NCBI GenBank assembly: GCA_033809295.1
Contig: JAPXLY010000001.1
Span: 10,340-74,339, forward strand
Direction: 5' to 3'
Length of the DNA stretch: 64,000 nt
Source of the DNA: Bacillota bacterium
Lineage (GTDB): Bacteria; Bacillota; SHA-98; UBA4971
A program made the position numbers and the translations under genes. The notes under the pieces are model-generated. The model had not been told where the DNA came from and ran no database searches. It saw nothing but the letters and a program-made list of their open reading frames with translations. Below, in pieces: positions 54,998-64,000 of this stretch; within the stretch, counting starts at the first letter, position 1; each line of letters begins with the position of its first letter.

Positions 54998-55189
54998 TCA
55001 CCGTGCACGTTCAACTTTTCCCGCGCGAAGACATCTTGTGCAGACCTTAATTCGCTTTGTCTTGCCGTTCACATACGCCCTTACGCGGCGGATATTTGGA
55101 AGCCATCTCCGAGAAGATACCTTATGAGAGTGGCTTATCTGCCTGCCTACTTGCGGTTCTTTTCCACATATGTCGCATCGACTTGCCAT
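54998..55189 (-). CDS. rpmB: 50S ribosomal protein L28
   Basis: MASRCDICGK…SHSHKVS…RRWLPNIRRVRAYVNGKTKRIKVCTRCLRAGKVER matches L28. The ORF-track start at 55219 is 10 codons too long. Confidence 0.85.
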   Translation of the reverse strand: MASRCDICGKEPQVGRQISHSHKVSSRRWLPNIRRVRAYVNGKTKRIKVCTRCLRAGKVERAR

Positions 55190-55398
55190 GCCTATTAGCA
55201 CCCCCCGTCTTGAAAACACCTCGCGCGTATTGTATCATAGCAGCGCGGGCTGCGCAAGAAGCCTTTGTCTTCCGGGGACGTGTTTCTAAAGGCACAAGGG
55301 ATATGAATAGCATTACAGAAAAGGAATTCCTCGAGTTTCGGAGAAATAAAAGGAAAGTCTTTGCTGCCGAATGGCTGAGGCAGGGGGTAGCTAGTTAA

Positions 55399-55776
55399 AT
55401 GGGAAGAGAGGTCAGCACCGAACTGGGCCAGATTACCATCTCTGATGACGTGATAGCCCTCATTAGTGGGATGGCGGCAACTGAGTGTTATGGCCTTGTC
55501 GGGATGGCGTCAAGAAACATTCAAGACGGAATAGCTGAGCTCCTCGGCATGGATAACATGGGCCGGGGTGTGGAAGTGAGGCTTGCCGGGGATGAGGTTG
55601 TGGTGGGCCTCTACATCATAGTTGAGTATGGAACAAAGATTACTGAAGTAGCACATAATGTTATGGACAAGGTTAGGTATGTCGTGGAAAGCATGACAGG
55701 CCTTAAGGTTTCAAGAGTAAATATTACGGTACAAGGTGTGAGGGTGACACATGCCCGAGAGGATGAGAGCAAGTGA
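55399..55776 (+). CDS. Asp23/Gls24 family envelope stress protein
   Basis: Asp23 family sequence. Positioned before the DAK2 protein as in many Firmicutes. Confidence 0.8.
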   Translation: MGREVSTELGQITISDDVIALISGMAATECYGLVGMASRNIQDGIAELLGMDNMGRGVEVRLAGDEVVVGLYIIVEYGTKITEVAHNVMDKVRYVVESMTGLKVSRVNITVQGVRVTHAREDESK

Positions 55777-57526
55777 CCGGCGACAGGGGGTTAGCCCGTT
55801 GGGGCGGAATTTACTTGACGCAGAAGATTTCGCACGTGCGATTGCTGCTGGGACAGAATGGCTAGGCGCAAATAAAGAACTTGTGAATGAGCTGAACGTA
55901 TTTCCGGTCCCTGATGGAGATACAGGTACGAATATGCACCTGACACTTCTCGCCGCTGTGCGGGAGATCGGCAATGTCCAAGGTAAGGCGCTGTCTGATC
56001 TGGCTGAAGCGGTGGCGCTAGGCTCCCTAATGGGAGCAAGGGGGAATTCAGGTGTCATACTTTCGCAGCTCCTTCGAGGGTTTGCAAAGGGTGTTGAAGG
56101 CAAAACAACCCTCGATGTAGCAGGACTTGCGCGAGGGTTGCAAGTAGCAGCATCCATGGCGTATAAAGCAGTGATGAAACCGGTTGAAGGCACTATGCTT
56201 ACAGTGGCCCGTGCGGCTGCTCGTTCTGCCGCAGAATGCAGGCGGGACAACTTGGATATCGTGTCCGCGGTAGAGAAAATCCTAGGAGATGCCCGGGACA
56301 CCCTGGAGAAGACCCCTGAGATGCTTCCCACACTCAAAGAGGCCGGTGTTGTGGATGCCGGCGGACAGGGGCTCGTGTTCTTCTGGGAGGGACTTGTAAA
56401 GTCAATTCGAGGAGAGGCGGTATTCGCCAGGAGGGAACCACTGATCGTGGTTCCTCAGAAAGCAGACGCAGGACCTGCTGTAAGAAAAGGTAAAGAGATC
56501 GCAGAAGCGGATCTGGTGTTCAAATACTGCACGGAATTCCTTGTTAAGGGCAAGAATCTACCTCTTGATATGCTCAGGCAGGACCTGGCTCGGTTCGGTG
56601 ATTGTGTCCTTGTTGTAGGCACCAGCGATGTGGCGAAAGTGCATATTCATACTAACCATCCCGGGCAAGTGCTGGAGCACTGCATTCGCCTGGGCGAGCT
56701 GCATGAGATGAAGATAGACAATATGGCTTACCAGCACAATGAATTTGAGGAAGCAAGGATAAGGCGTAACAGTGCTGTTCCTGCCGGTCATGATGATGAG
56801 GAAGAGGATTTCGAGGATAATGTGGGTTCGGGAGAGGCGGCTAATCCTAAAGAACGCAAGATAGAGAAGCCTGTAGGGGTTGTAGCCGTAGCTATCGGAG
56901 AGGGACTCTCAGCTATCTTGAGAAGCCTGGGCGCTGACGTTGTTGTTGAAGGCGGACAGACAATGAACCCAAGTATTGAGGAGCTGAGAGACGCTGTTTA
57001 CGAGGTGTCGGCAAAGAGCGTCATTATTCTGCCGAACAACGGCAATGTAATTCTTACGGCAAATAAGGTGAAGGAGCTTGCTCCTGACATAAATACCGTA
57101 GTAGTCCCGACAAAAACCATTCCCCAAGGGGTTGCGGCTCTTGTCACTTATAATCCTCTGGCAGACGCTGAATCTAACCGAGAATCAATGCAAGGCATGA
57201 TACCACAGGTAAGCACAGGGGAGGTTACCTATGCAGTTCGTGCTTCCAACGTAAACGGATTTTCCATTGATGAGAAGGACTTCATCGGGATAAAAGACGG
57301 TGAGCTATGCTCAACAGGGAAAGATCGCAATGAAGTGGCTATGAATCTCGTAAGTCAGATGGTAGACGCTGATACGTCCCTCATAACCATATACCACGGC
57401 GAGGATGTTCACTCTGACGACGCTAACGGGCTGGCGGAACGGCTTGCCGATATCTATCCGTATCTGGAGGTCGAAGTTCACTATGGCGGGCAGCCTGTTT
57501 ACTATTACATCATTTCCACTGAGTAA
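55751..57526 (+). CDS. yloV: DAK2 domain fusion protein YloV (DhaL-like plus DegV-like)
   Basis: NVFPVPDGDTGTNM motif. C-terminal DegV-like fatty-acid-binding region. Confidence 0.8.
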   Translation: MPERMRASDRRQGVSPLGRNLLDAEDFARAIAAGTEWLGANKELVNELNVFPVPDGDTGTNMHLTLLAAVREIGNVQGKALSDLAEAVALGSLMGARGNSGVILSQLLRGFAKGVEGKTTLDVAGLARGLQVAASMAYKAVMKPVEGTMLTVARAAARSAAECRRDNLDIVSAVEKILGDARDTLEKTPEMLPTLKEAGVVDAGGQGLVFFWEGLVKSIRGEAVFARREPLIVVPQKADAGPAVRKGKEIAEADLVFKYCTEFLVKGKNLPLDMLRQDLARFGDCVLVVGTSDVAKVHIHTNHPGQVLEHCIRLGELHEMKIDNMAYQHNEFEEARIRRNSAVPAGHDDEEEDFEDNVGSGEAANPKERKIEKPVGVVAVAIGEGLSAILRSLGADVVVEGGQTMNPSIEELRDAVYEVSAKSVIILPNNGNVILTANKVKELAPDINTVVVPTKTIPQGVAALVTYNPLADAESNRESMQGMIPQVSTGEVTYAVRASNVNGFSIDEKDFIGIKDGELCSTGKDRNEVAMNLVSQMVDADTSLITIYHGEDVHSDDANGLAERLADIYPYLEVEVHYGGQPVYYYIISTE

Positions 57527-57757
57527 GGCGGGCAAGGACAGTCTTGTCATGGGTAAACATAAGACGACGGTCTTACGACCGTCATCCCGTGGGAGAGGAG
57601 AAACCGGAGGAAGAGCTTATGGGGGAGGGTTTTGGAACCCCGGCACCGCCCAGGTACCGTTATCCTCGGCTCTTCTTTCGATTGTAGTTTGTGCGGGGTT
57701 AGGTGTTCTATACAAGGAATCTCATGGTAAATGATGCCATTGGAGGTGTTTGTTTCA

Positions 57758-58312
57758 TTGAGGGTTATCGGGGGGGTTGCCAAGGGACGTCGTCTAACCG
57801 GAGCAGGCGGCGGAAGAACACGTCCTATTCCCGATAATGTCAAGAAATCCTTGTTTGATATCTTGACTCCTTATGTCCCTGACTCCAGATGTCTTGATCT
57901 ATTTGCCGGGACAGGTGCAATTGGGATTGAGTCGTTGAGCAGAGGAGCCCAGTGGGTGACTTTTGTTGAGTGTTCACCTGGAATGGCCAAGGTGATTCAG
58001 AGCAATCTGGATGCCACAGGTTTTGCATCTTCGGCAAAGGTAATCCTAGGTGACGTAAGGAGGCTTGTGCCTGCTCTCTGCCGGCAGCATGAAGTGTTTC
58101 ACATAATCTTTGCGGATCCGCCTTATGGCCATGGCCTGGCGCCTGTAACCCTGGACATTCTTTCTGCGCATAGATTATTGGATTCAAACGGAATCATTGT
58201 CACGCGTCACGAGAGCAGACAAGAAATGCCGGAGGTCTTGGAAGATCTTGAATTAACAAGACAGGAGAAATACGGCGATACGATAATATCTTTCTATATG
58301 TTTCAACGGTAA
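57758..58312 (+). CDS. rsmD: 16S rRNA (guanine966-N2)-methyltransferase RsmD
   Basis: …LRVIGGVAKGRRL…DLFAGTGAIGIE…FADPPY. TTG start after GGAGGTG. Confidence 0.8.
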   Translation: MRVIGGVAKGRRLTGAGGGRTRPIPDNVKKSLFDILTPYVPDSRCLDLFAGTGAIGIESLSRGAQWVTFVECSPGMAKVIQSNLDATGFASSAKVILGDVRRLVPALCRQHEVFHIIFADPPYGHGLAPVTLDILSAHRLLDSNGIIVTRHESRQEMPEVLEDLELTRQEKYGDTIISFYMFQR

Positions 58313-58358
58313 GGCTTATGTCAGGCCTTTCCCACAGCTTCGTATGGAGGCCGCCAGA

Positions 58359-58856
58359 ATGAAGATAGCAGTATATCCAGGTAGTTTTGACCCGGTTACC
58401 AATGGACACATAGACATTGCAGAACGTGGCGCAGGGCTATTTGATAAGCTTATTGTAGCAGTGGCCAAGAATCCGGCTAAGGAGCCGCTTTTTACGCTTG
58501 ACGAACGTATCGCAATGCTGGAGGAATCTCTTAGCCATCTTCGAAACGTGGAGATTTCATGTTTTAGAGGGCTGCTTGTGGATTTTGCCCGTCTTCAGCA
58601 AGCCACTGCTATCTTGAAAGGACTACGGGCCTTATCGGATTTTGAATATGAATTTCAGATGGCGTCAGTAAACAGAAAAATTGGCGATATAGAGACTGTC
58701 TTCATGATGACCAGCAATGAGTACGCCTACTTAAGCTCCAGCGCTGTAAAAGAAGTGGCAAGCCTCGGAGCGTGCGTGAAGGGTTTCGTTCCTCCGCATG
58801 TGGGGGAGATGCTCATTGAGAAGTATAAGCGGAAGAAGACAGACTCTCGGGAATGA
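58359..58856 (+). CDS. coaD: Phosphopantetheine adenylyltransferase
   Basis: MKIAVYPGSFDPVTNGHIDI. The ORF-track start at 58344 is 5 codons early. Confidence 0.85.
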   Translation: MKIAVYPGSFDPVTNGHIDIAERGAGLFDKLIVAVAKNPAKEPLFTLDERIAMLEESLSHLRNVEISCFRGLLVDFARLQQATAILKGLRALSDFEYEFQMASVNRKIGDIETVFMMTSNEYAYLSSSAVKEVASLGACVKGFVPPHVGEMLIEKYKRKKTDSRE

Positions 58857-58871
58857 GGGGGAAGAGCCAGG

Positions 58872-59339
58872 GTGGGGAAGATGGGACTGATTGAACTCCT
58901 GGACAGGCTGGAAGGAATAATTGAGGACAGCAGGAAAATGCCGCTCACGAACAAGGTGGTGGTAGACGCTTACGACGTCTTGGAGCTTCTTGACAAGATA
59001 CGGATTTCTCTCCCGGATGAAGTGAAGAAAGCAGAAGAATTGCTTAAGGAACGGGACAAGATTGTCGCTGAGGCCGCTCGGGAAGCTGAAAACCTGAGAG
59101 GGTCGGCAAGTGAGTACTTGAAGTCTATGGTTTCTGAAGAAGAGGTAGTTAAAGCTGCTGAAATAGAGTCAGGGAGGATTATCGACGAGGCTAAGCGGGA
59201 AGCTGAAAGCATTCGAAAAGGAGCATCTCAATATGCGGCTGAAATGCTCATGAAACTTGATGAGAACCTTGATCGAGCCTTGCAAGTGGTGAGGCGCGGA
59301 GTCGAGGAGCTCGAGAAGACTTCTACTTCACACCCCTGA
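58872..59339 (+). CDS. Hypothetical coiled-coil protein (ATP synthase b/E-like Glu/Ala-rich repeats)
   Basis: Charged heptad repeats. No catalytic motif. Confidence 0.45.
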   Translation: MGKMGLIELLDRLEGIIEDSRKMPLTNKVVVDAYDVLELLDKIRISLPDEVKKAEELLKERDKIVAEAAREAENLRGSASEYLKSMVSEEEVVKAAEIESGRIIDEAKREAESIRKGASQYAAEMLMKLDENLDRALQVVRRGVEELEKTSTSHP

Positions 59340-60576
59340 TCCGTATGAACACCAGTTGTACTCGTCGGAAGAACCATACAGTGATGGAAATCCCTAGCAT
59401 TATGGCCACTATCGTGAGAAGTCTTGTAAATGATGTAAGAAGCTTAAGATAAAACGGCGCCTGGATTTCTGCCTGCCTGAGCGCGAACACAGGTGCTACC
59501 AGTTTTGCCAGGCTTTGTCCGTAAGGGCTCATAATCATTGCGGTGATAACGGCTGCAACTGTTGCGTGGATGAGCCGGGCTATGAAGTAAGGCGCCATCC
59601 TTATGTCTGTCCCTGATACCATTGCAGATACTTGCCCGAATACTGATAACCCGGACCATGCGATTACCGCATTTGCCACCATAAGTCTGTCCAGTAACGG
59701 CGCTGCTGCTTTACTTGCAAGCTCTGTCCCAAGGGTGATTTCGAATAAGCCGCTGATCACAGGCGAAATCAAGGTGTCTTTTATCTTAAGCGGACCCATG
59801 ATGAGGGTGAGGGGCGCCTCGATCAGTTTCAGCGCTCCTGAGACGGTGAGTACGTCAATGATTACAGAGAACATCATGATGAAACCCCCGACCAGCAGCA
59901 GGCTGCCTACTGAATCACGGACAGAATCTCCAAATATCTGTCCTATAGGCCTGCCGTCTGCCTGACGCGCCTTATATAGTTCATGAAAAGCCCTTCTGAA
60001 GATATTCCCTTTGCCGGTGAGGCCGGTCTCGGGAACCTTGCGCCTCTGGGAGCCTCCATGCAGTCTCAGCAGCACTCCGAGTATGATAGCGGAGATGTAG
60101 TGTACACCGCATATTGATCCCGCGAGATCCGGTGCATGAAACATTCCAACGGCTACTGCCCCTGACATGAAAAGGGGATCTGCGGTATTTGTGAAAGCCG
60201 CCAGGCGCTCTCCTTCTATCTGGTTGCACAGGCCCCTTCTTCTGAGGTTTGCGGTGATTTTCGCTCCGATGGGATATCCGCCGGTAATACCCATGGCCAG
60301 AGCGAAGGCGCCTACTCCCGGCACGTCAAAAACAGGTCTCATGAAAGGTTCCAGGAGAACGCCTAAAAAATGTACTACGCCGAGGGCCATTAGGATTTCC
60401 GCTGCCACGAAAAACGGAAGTAAGGCCGGAAACACAATTTCCCACCACACGCGCAGACCTTCTACGGAGGCCTGAAAGGCGACACTCGGGTATAGTACGA
60501 TTACTATGGTAATAAAGAGAGCGCAACCTGCCACAAGATACGCGCTCCTTCGACTGAGAGGCGCCCTGCTAATCAT
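59323..60576 (-). CDS. ylbJ: Sporulation integral membrane protein YlbJ (nucleoside-recognition Gate domains)
   Basis: Polytopic, about 410 aa. Sits between coaD and ylbL-like genes on the opposite strand, as in Bacillus. Confidence 0.7.
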   Translation of the reverse strand: MISRAPLSRRSAYLVAGCALFITIVIVLYPSVAFQASVEGLRVWWEIVFPALLPFFVAAEILMALGVVHFLGVLLEPFMRPVFDVPGVGAFALAMGITGGYPIGAKITANLRRRGLCNQIEGERLAAFTNTADPLFMSGAVAVGMFHAPDLAGSICGVHYISAIILGVLLRLHGGSQRRKVPETGLTGKGNIFRRAFHELYKARQADGRPIGQIFGDSVRDSVGSLLLVGGFIMMFSVIIDVLTVSGALKLIEAPLTLIMGPLKIKDTLISPVISGLFEITLGTELASKAAAPLLDRLMVANAVIAWSGLSVFGQVSAMVSGTDIRMAPYFIARLIHATVAAVITAMIMSPYGQSLAKLVAPVFALRQAEIQAPFYLKLLTSFTRLLTIVAIMLGISITVWFFRRVQLVFIRIRGVK

Positions 60577-60755
60577 GGCGTGGAATCCTCCTTACGTTGC
60601 TCTTGCTGTCCGCATTTCTAATCAAGTATATTTGAATTAACTTAGGGATATGCTTTCGCCCCTCTACCCGGCGGCGAATATCATAAGTCGGGGCAAAGTA
60701 GAATAGATAAAAGAATCGACGAATACGTAAGGCAATGCCGGAGGGAAATAGGTTC

Positions 60756-61778
60756 ATGAGAAAGAGAAACAGATGGCTGGAAGTAGGAGCGGTGCTTATC
60801 ATAGTTGCCGGCATCCAGGGCTATCTTGCACGGAATTACCTGATTATCGGTCCGGGCCCGGTTCAGAAGCTTGAGGAAATGGTGACTGTTGAGACCGGCA
60901 GCAAGGATGCTCAAGGAGCGTTCTTGCTAACCGCTGTGACCAGCACCCCTGCGAGCATCCCTTCATGGATTGCAGCTCTCGCATCTCCTGACATTGATAT
61001 TGCGAAGAGGGCACAAGAAATTCCCAAAGGCATGGATCTTGAGAGATATATCAGCATCATGGAAAGCCTGATGCGGGAGAGCCAGGTAGTCGCAGGGGCC
61101 GTGGCCTTGGAAAGACTGGGTTTTCCTGTCAGAGTGGAGACTGTGGTGAGAGTTGAGGCTGTGCTCGCCAGTAGTCCGGCCAAGGGAATACTTCAGCAAG
61201 GAGACATTATTCTGGCTGTTGATGGCAAGCGAGTAGCCACTGCAGATGAGGCAGTGAAAATCATTGGCCGAAGGGCACCGGGTGAGAAAACGTTGCTTAC
61301 TGTCTCCAGGCAAGGGAAAGCTCAGAGGCTCCAAGTAGGTACCGGCCCCCATCCTGAGGACCGGGCGCGGGCGGCTATAGGAATTCTTGTCAGCTCCAGC
61401 CTCACATATGATCTTCCGATTAGTATTGAAATTGATTCCCGTAATGTCAAAGGTTCATCCGGAGGCCTAATGTTTACGCTTGAGATCCTTAACCAGTTAG
61501 ATCCGGCTGATTTGACGGGGGGCCACGTCATTGCGGGAACCGGGACTATTGGACTTGATGGTGTTATCGGCCCTATTGCCGGGGTTAAGCAGAAAGTAGT
61601 ATCTGCCGAGCGGGGAGGAGCTGCATACTTCCTGGTTCCTATGGAGAACCTTGATTCCGCGTCGAAGATTGCGAGGAACCTCAGATCCATCGAGGTTATC
61701 GGGGTCAGTGACATAAATGATGCGCTTGCAAGATTGGATGGCATTTCCAGGAGGAATAACGGCACGTCTGGAGAATAA
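60756..61778 (+). CDS. ylbL: PDZ domain / Lon-like S16 protease (YlbL/SepM family)
   Basis: N-terminal TM, PDZ domain, then Lon proteolytic-like domain (…GSSGGLMFTLEI…GTGTIGLDGVIGPIAGVKQK). Confidence 0.7.
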   Translation: MRKRNRWLEVGAVLIIVAGIQGYLARNYLIIGPGPVQKLEEMVTVETGSKDAQGAFLLTAVTSTPASIPSWIAALASPDIDIAKRAQEIPKGMDLERYISIMESLMRESQVVAGAVALERLGFPVRVETVVRVEAVLASSPAKGILQQGDIILAVDGKRVATADEAVKIIGRRAPGEKTLLTVSRQGKAQRLQVGTGPHPEDRARAAIGILVSSSLTYDLPISIEIDSRNVKGSSGGLMFTLEILNQLDPADLTGGHVIAGTGTIGLDGVIGPIAGVKQKVVSAERGGAAYFLVPMENLDSASKIARNLRSIEVIGVSDINDALARLDGISRRNNGTSGE

Positions 61779-61823
61779 TAGAGAGACAAGAAATGAATTC
61801 CGGGTTTCGGGGGGCGATTTGTT

Positions 61824-62717
61824 TTGGCGCTCTGCGTTTGGAGAGCCAGACCGCAAGGGACAGTCATTGCTCTCGTTTTGCTTTTGCTTTTGCTTTGTAC
61901 ATGCTTGCCTGTAGCCGCAAGTTATCAAGGTGTCTTGAAAAAGGGAATGCAGGGCGATGCTGTTCGGGAACTCCAGGATGTCCTTATCGGCCTTGGGTTC
62001 TTGGAAGGACAGAGTGACGGATTATTCGGGGATAAAACACTGGATGCCGTAACTGCTTTTCAAAGAGCAAACAATCTCAACGTTGACGGTGTGGTGGGCG
62101 CTAATACATGGAATCTCCTTGAGACCGAGATTGCCCGCACGAGAATGAAGACCTACATAGTCAGCCGGGGAGATACCCTTTATGACCTTGCCAGACGACT
62201 TGACGTGACCGTTGCCGAGCTTGCAGCCATCAACAACATATCTGATCCTGCGTTGATCAAGGTCGGACAGGAACTCTTGGTTCCTGCTCCGGGCAGTGTC
62301 GTGTCCAGGGGAGAGCGTGGATCTTGTGAAATGCTGCACTGGGATTCAGTGAATCGTATTTTCAAGGTAGGCAGTATAGCTACGGTAATCGATGTTAGGA
62401 CAGGCCTGGCATTTTGTGTAAGGAGAAGGGGAGGAAGCCTCCACGCTGACGTAGAGCCCCACACAAAAGAGGATACGGCTATCATGAAAAGGATCTGTGG
62501 AGGAAGCTGGACCTGGGATAGAAGGCCCATCATAGTCCAGATAGGTGGGCGCAGGATAGCAGCTTCCATGAATGGAATGCCCCACGGAGGCCAGAGCCTT
62601 GGCAACAACAACTTCAAAGGCCACTTCTGCCTGCATTTCGCCGGCAGCAAGCTTCATAACTCTCGCAAGTCTTGCCCTCTTCACCAAAAGTGCGTAAGGG
62701 AGGCTGCCACAAGCTAA
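61824..62717 (+). CDS. Secreted peptidoglycan-binding protein (PG_binding_1 plus LysM plus Cys/His-rich C-terminal domain), putative cell-wall hydrolase
   Basis: Signal peptide with Leu run. PG_binding_1 repeat (…FGDKTLDAVTAFQRANNLNVDGVVGANTW…). LysM (TYIVSRGDTLYDLARRL…). C-terminal domain unassigned. Confidence 0.6.
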   Translation: MALCVWRARPQGTVIALVLLLLLLCTCLPVAASYQGVLKKGMQGDAVRELQDVLIGLGFLEGQSDGLFGDKTLDAVTAFQRANNLNVDGVVGANTWNLLETEIARTRMKTYIVSRGDTLYDLARRLDVTVAELAAINNISDPALIKVGQELLVPAPGSVVSRGERGSCEMLHWDSVNRIFKVGSIATVIDVRTGLAFCVRRRGGSLHADVEPHTKEDTAIMKRICGGSWTWDRRPIIVQIGGRRIAASMNGMPHGGQSLGNNNFKGHFCLHFAGSKLHNSRKSCPLHQKCVREAATS

Positions 62718-62796
62718 CTGCACGGCCCGTCTTTTTTCTTGACTCAAGCTAATCCCTGTTCTATAATTCAGTAGGTTTTACTTAGGGAGTGCTCTT

Positions 62797-63336
62797 ATGA
62801 TAATAGACATATCCACGGTAAAGGATATAAAAGGCGCAAGCATTGAGGTGGAGTTGGAAGGCCCTCCGGATCCTATGGCAATAGCGGCTGTAAGCCTTAC
62901 GCCGGTGACGCCGGTACATGTTGCTGCGAAAGCAACCTCCACAGGGCATAGCGCTATCCTTGTCGAGGGGAAGGCCAGGGCGGAGTTTAGGGCTGAATGC
63001 CACAGATGCCTTAGGGAATTCATATTCGGCGTTGAGACGGAGTTTCAAGAGCAATACTATAAGGCGTCCCACAGGCCTTCTCTGATGTCAGACAGCGAAA
63101 AGGATGAGGTTTTGACTTATAATGGAGATTTTGTTGATATTTCCAAGGAAGTCAACTCCCATTTGGCGTTGTCGCTCCCCATTCGACTTATTTGTTCCAG
63201 CGAGTGCAAAGGCTTGTGCCCTGTCTGCGGCAAGGACCTAAATGAAGGTGAGTGCGCGTGTTCCGAGGAAGAAGGGGATATTCGTCTTGCACCCCTTGCG
63301 CAGCTCTACCCGAGTCAAACTAAAGACGAGTTCTAG
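62797..63336 (+). CDS. yceD: DUF177 protein YceD/YlbN (large ribosomal subunit accumulation), upstream of rpmF
   Basis: Conserved CxxC…CxxC and acidic tail. Canonical position before rpmF. Confidence 0.8.
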   Translation: MIIDISTVKDIKGASIEVELEGPPDPMAIAAVSLTPVTPVHVAAKATSTGHSAILVEGKARAEFRAECHRCLREFIFGVETEFQEQYYKASHRPSLMSDSEKDEVLTYNGDFVDISKEVNSHLALSLPIRLICSSECKGLCPVCGKDLNEGECACSEEEGDIRLAPLAQLYPSQTKDEF

Positions 63337-63355
63337 TGACTGGAGTGAGAGTTAA

Positions 63356-63553
63356 GTGGCAAATCCTACAGGGAAATTCGGCAAGTCGAGGACACGGAAA
63401 CGTCGTGCAAATTGGAAGATTGAAGCGCCGACACTCATTGAGTGCGAAAAGTGCCATGCTCTGAGGAGGCCACACAGGGTGTGCGCTGAGTGTGGCTACT
63501 ATGACGGACGGCAGGTCATCGTTGCCGAGGGGAAGAAGAAAAAGAGAGCGTAG
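63356..63553 (+). CDS. rpmF: 50S ribosomal protein L32
   Basis: …KSRTRKRR…CEKCHALRRPHRVCAECGYYDGRQV. GTG start. Confidence 0.85.
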   Translation: MANPTGKFGKSRTRKRRANWKIEAPTLIECEKCHALRRPHRVCAECGYYDGRQVIVAEGKKKKRA

Positions 63554-63602
63554 ATACACGTAGCTGTTGTTTCTCGCTAAATACTTTGTTCTCGTGTCTC
63601 TC

Positions 63603-63640
63603 AAAGGCCGGCAGCACCTCGCGCGGCCTTTTGTCATTTC
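63603..63640 (+). terminator. Possible terminator after rpmF
   Basis: AAGGCCG…CGGCCTT hairpin followed by TTTTGTCATTTC. Confidence 0.4.
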
Positions 63641-63664
63641 AACCCCTAATATTTCATTTGTCCT

Positions 63665-63714
63665 TGCAAGTAGCAATAGAACCGATATATACTAAGTTTA
63701 GTATCTGCTATTAA
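63665..63714 (+). promoter_or_regulatory. fapR promoter (TTGCAA-18-TATACT) with overlapping FapR-box-like palindrome TTAGTATCTGCTATTAA
   Basis: Imperfect 17-bp palindrome (TTAGTA-N5-TATTAA) at 63698-63714. -10 element at 63687-63692. Confidence 0.45.
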
Positions 63715-63773
63715 GACTTGGTCATAATGCTTGTTCTTCTCTTACTATGTTTGGCACTGAGAGTTGATTAGAT

Positions 63774-64000
63774 GTGAAGCCCAGACTCCAAAAGACAGAT
63801 CGCCTTCGCCGCCTCGCGCAGGTCATAGAAGATGACCCGTTCATAACAGACAGAGAACTGGCAGGCGTGTTCGGGGTCAGTATCCAGACTGTCCGTCTGG
63901 ACAGGCTTGAACTTGGAATTCCGGAATCACGAGAGCGTACCAGGCGTTTGGCTGAAGAAGCCACGAACCAAGTGCGCTCAGTGGAAACGGGGGAAGTCAT
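63774..64000 (+). CDS. fapR: Fatty acid/phospholipid biosynthesis regulator FapR, 3' partial (runs off the window)
   Basis: VKPRLQKTDRLRRLAQVIEDDPFITDRELAGVFGVSIQTVRLDRLELGIPE… matches the FapR N-terminal HTH. GTG start. Absent from the ORF track because there is no stop in the window. Confidence 0.8.
   Translation, partial: MKPRLQKTDRLRRLAQVIEDDPFITDRELAGVFGVSIQTVRLDRLELGIPESRERTRRLAEEATNQVRSVETGEV

Overview
This window reads as the chromosome of a spore-forming anaerobic Firmicute (about 50% GC), dense with genes and with standard operon structure.

Gene content, left to right:
- **Transport and housekeeping (2-17128):** an Opp/Dpp-type peptide ABC transporter (5' partial), a small lipoprotein/membrane-protein/beta-lactamase-like trio, spoIID, a GldA/GldF/GldG-like ABC-2 transporter with a DUF4340 protein, the tldD/pmbA protease pair, a two-subunit class I Fe-S fumarate/tartrate hydro-lyase, and an NhaC antiporter.
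- **Iron and cobalamin (17388-24128):** a feoA-feoB locus in which FeoB is encoded as two ATGA-overlapping ORFs, and a cobalamin-riboswitch-controlled btuF-C-D-cobO operon.
- **Sporulation genes (24153-29456):** htrA, a nif3-like gene, sleB-ypeB, spo0A and tRNA-Arg(CCG).
- **Redox island (29519-47957):** a minus-strand mobA-fdhA(Cys-type)-fdhD unit; then a holin-like orphan, a truncated trkH/ktrB fragment, a pyruvoyl arginine decarboxylase gene and a heterodimeric ABC exporter pair; then a sigma-54 activator whose sensor domain is a di-[4Fe-4S] ferredoxin, followed by a sigma-54-promoted HydC-HydB-HydA [FeFe]-hydrogenase operon. HydB is fused to a GltD-like NAD(P)H flavoprotein domain, and HydA carries Ser at the proton-relay Cys position.
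- **Conserved syntenic block (48218-64000):** T-box-controlled type-2 ileS, a NUDIX gene, rpmB, asp23-yloV, rsmD, coaD, ylbJ, a PDZ/Lon-like protease, yceD (DUF177), rpmF and a partial fapR.

Non-genic structure worth a second look:
- A mosaic dispersed repeat family with three copies (17189-17391, 21395-21501, 36697-36917), built from shuffled modules with a 26-bp terminal inverted repeat.
- A degenerate tandem hairpin-repeat array (54452-54800).

No CRISPR arrays, rRNA or intact transposase genes were seen.
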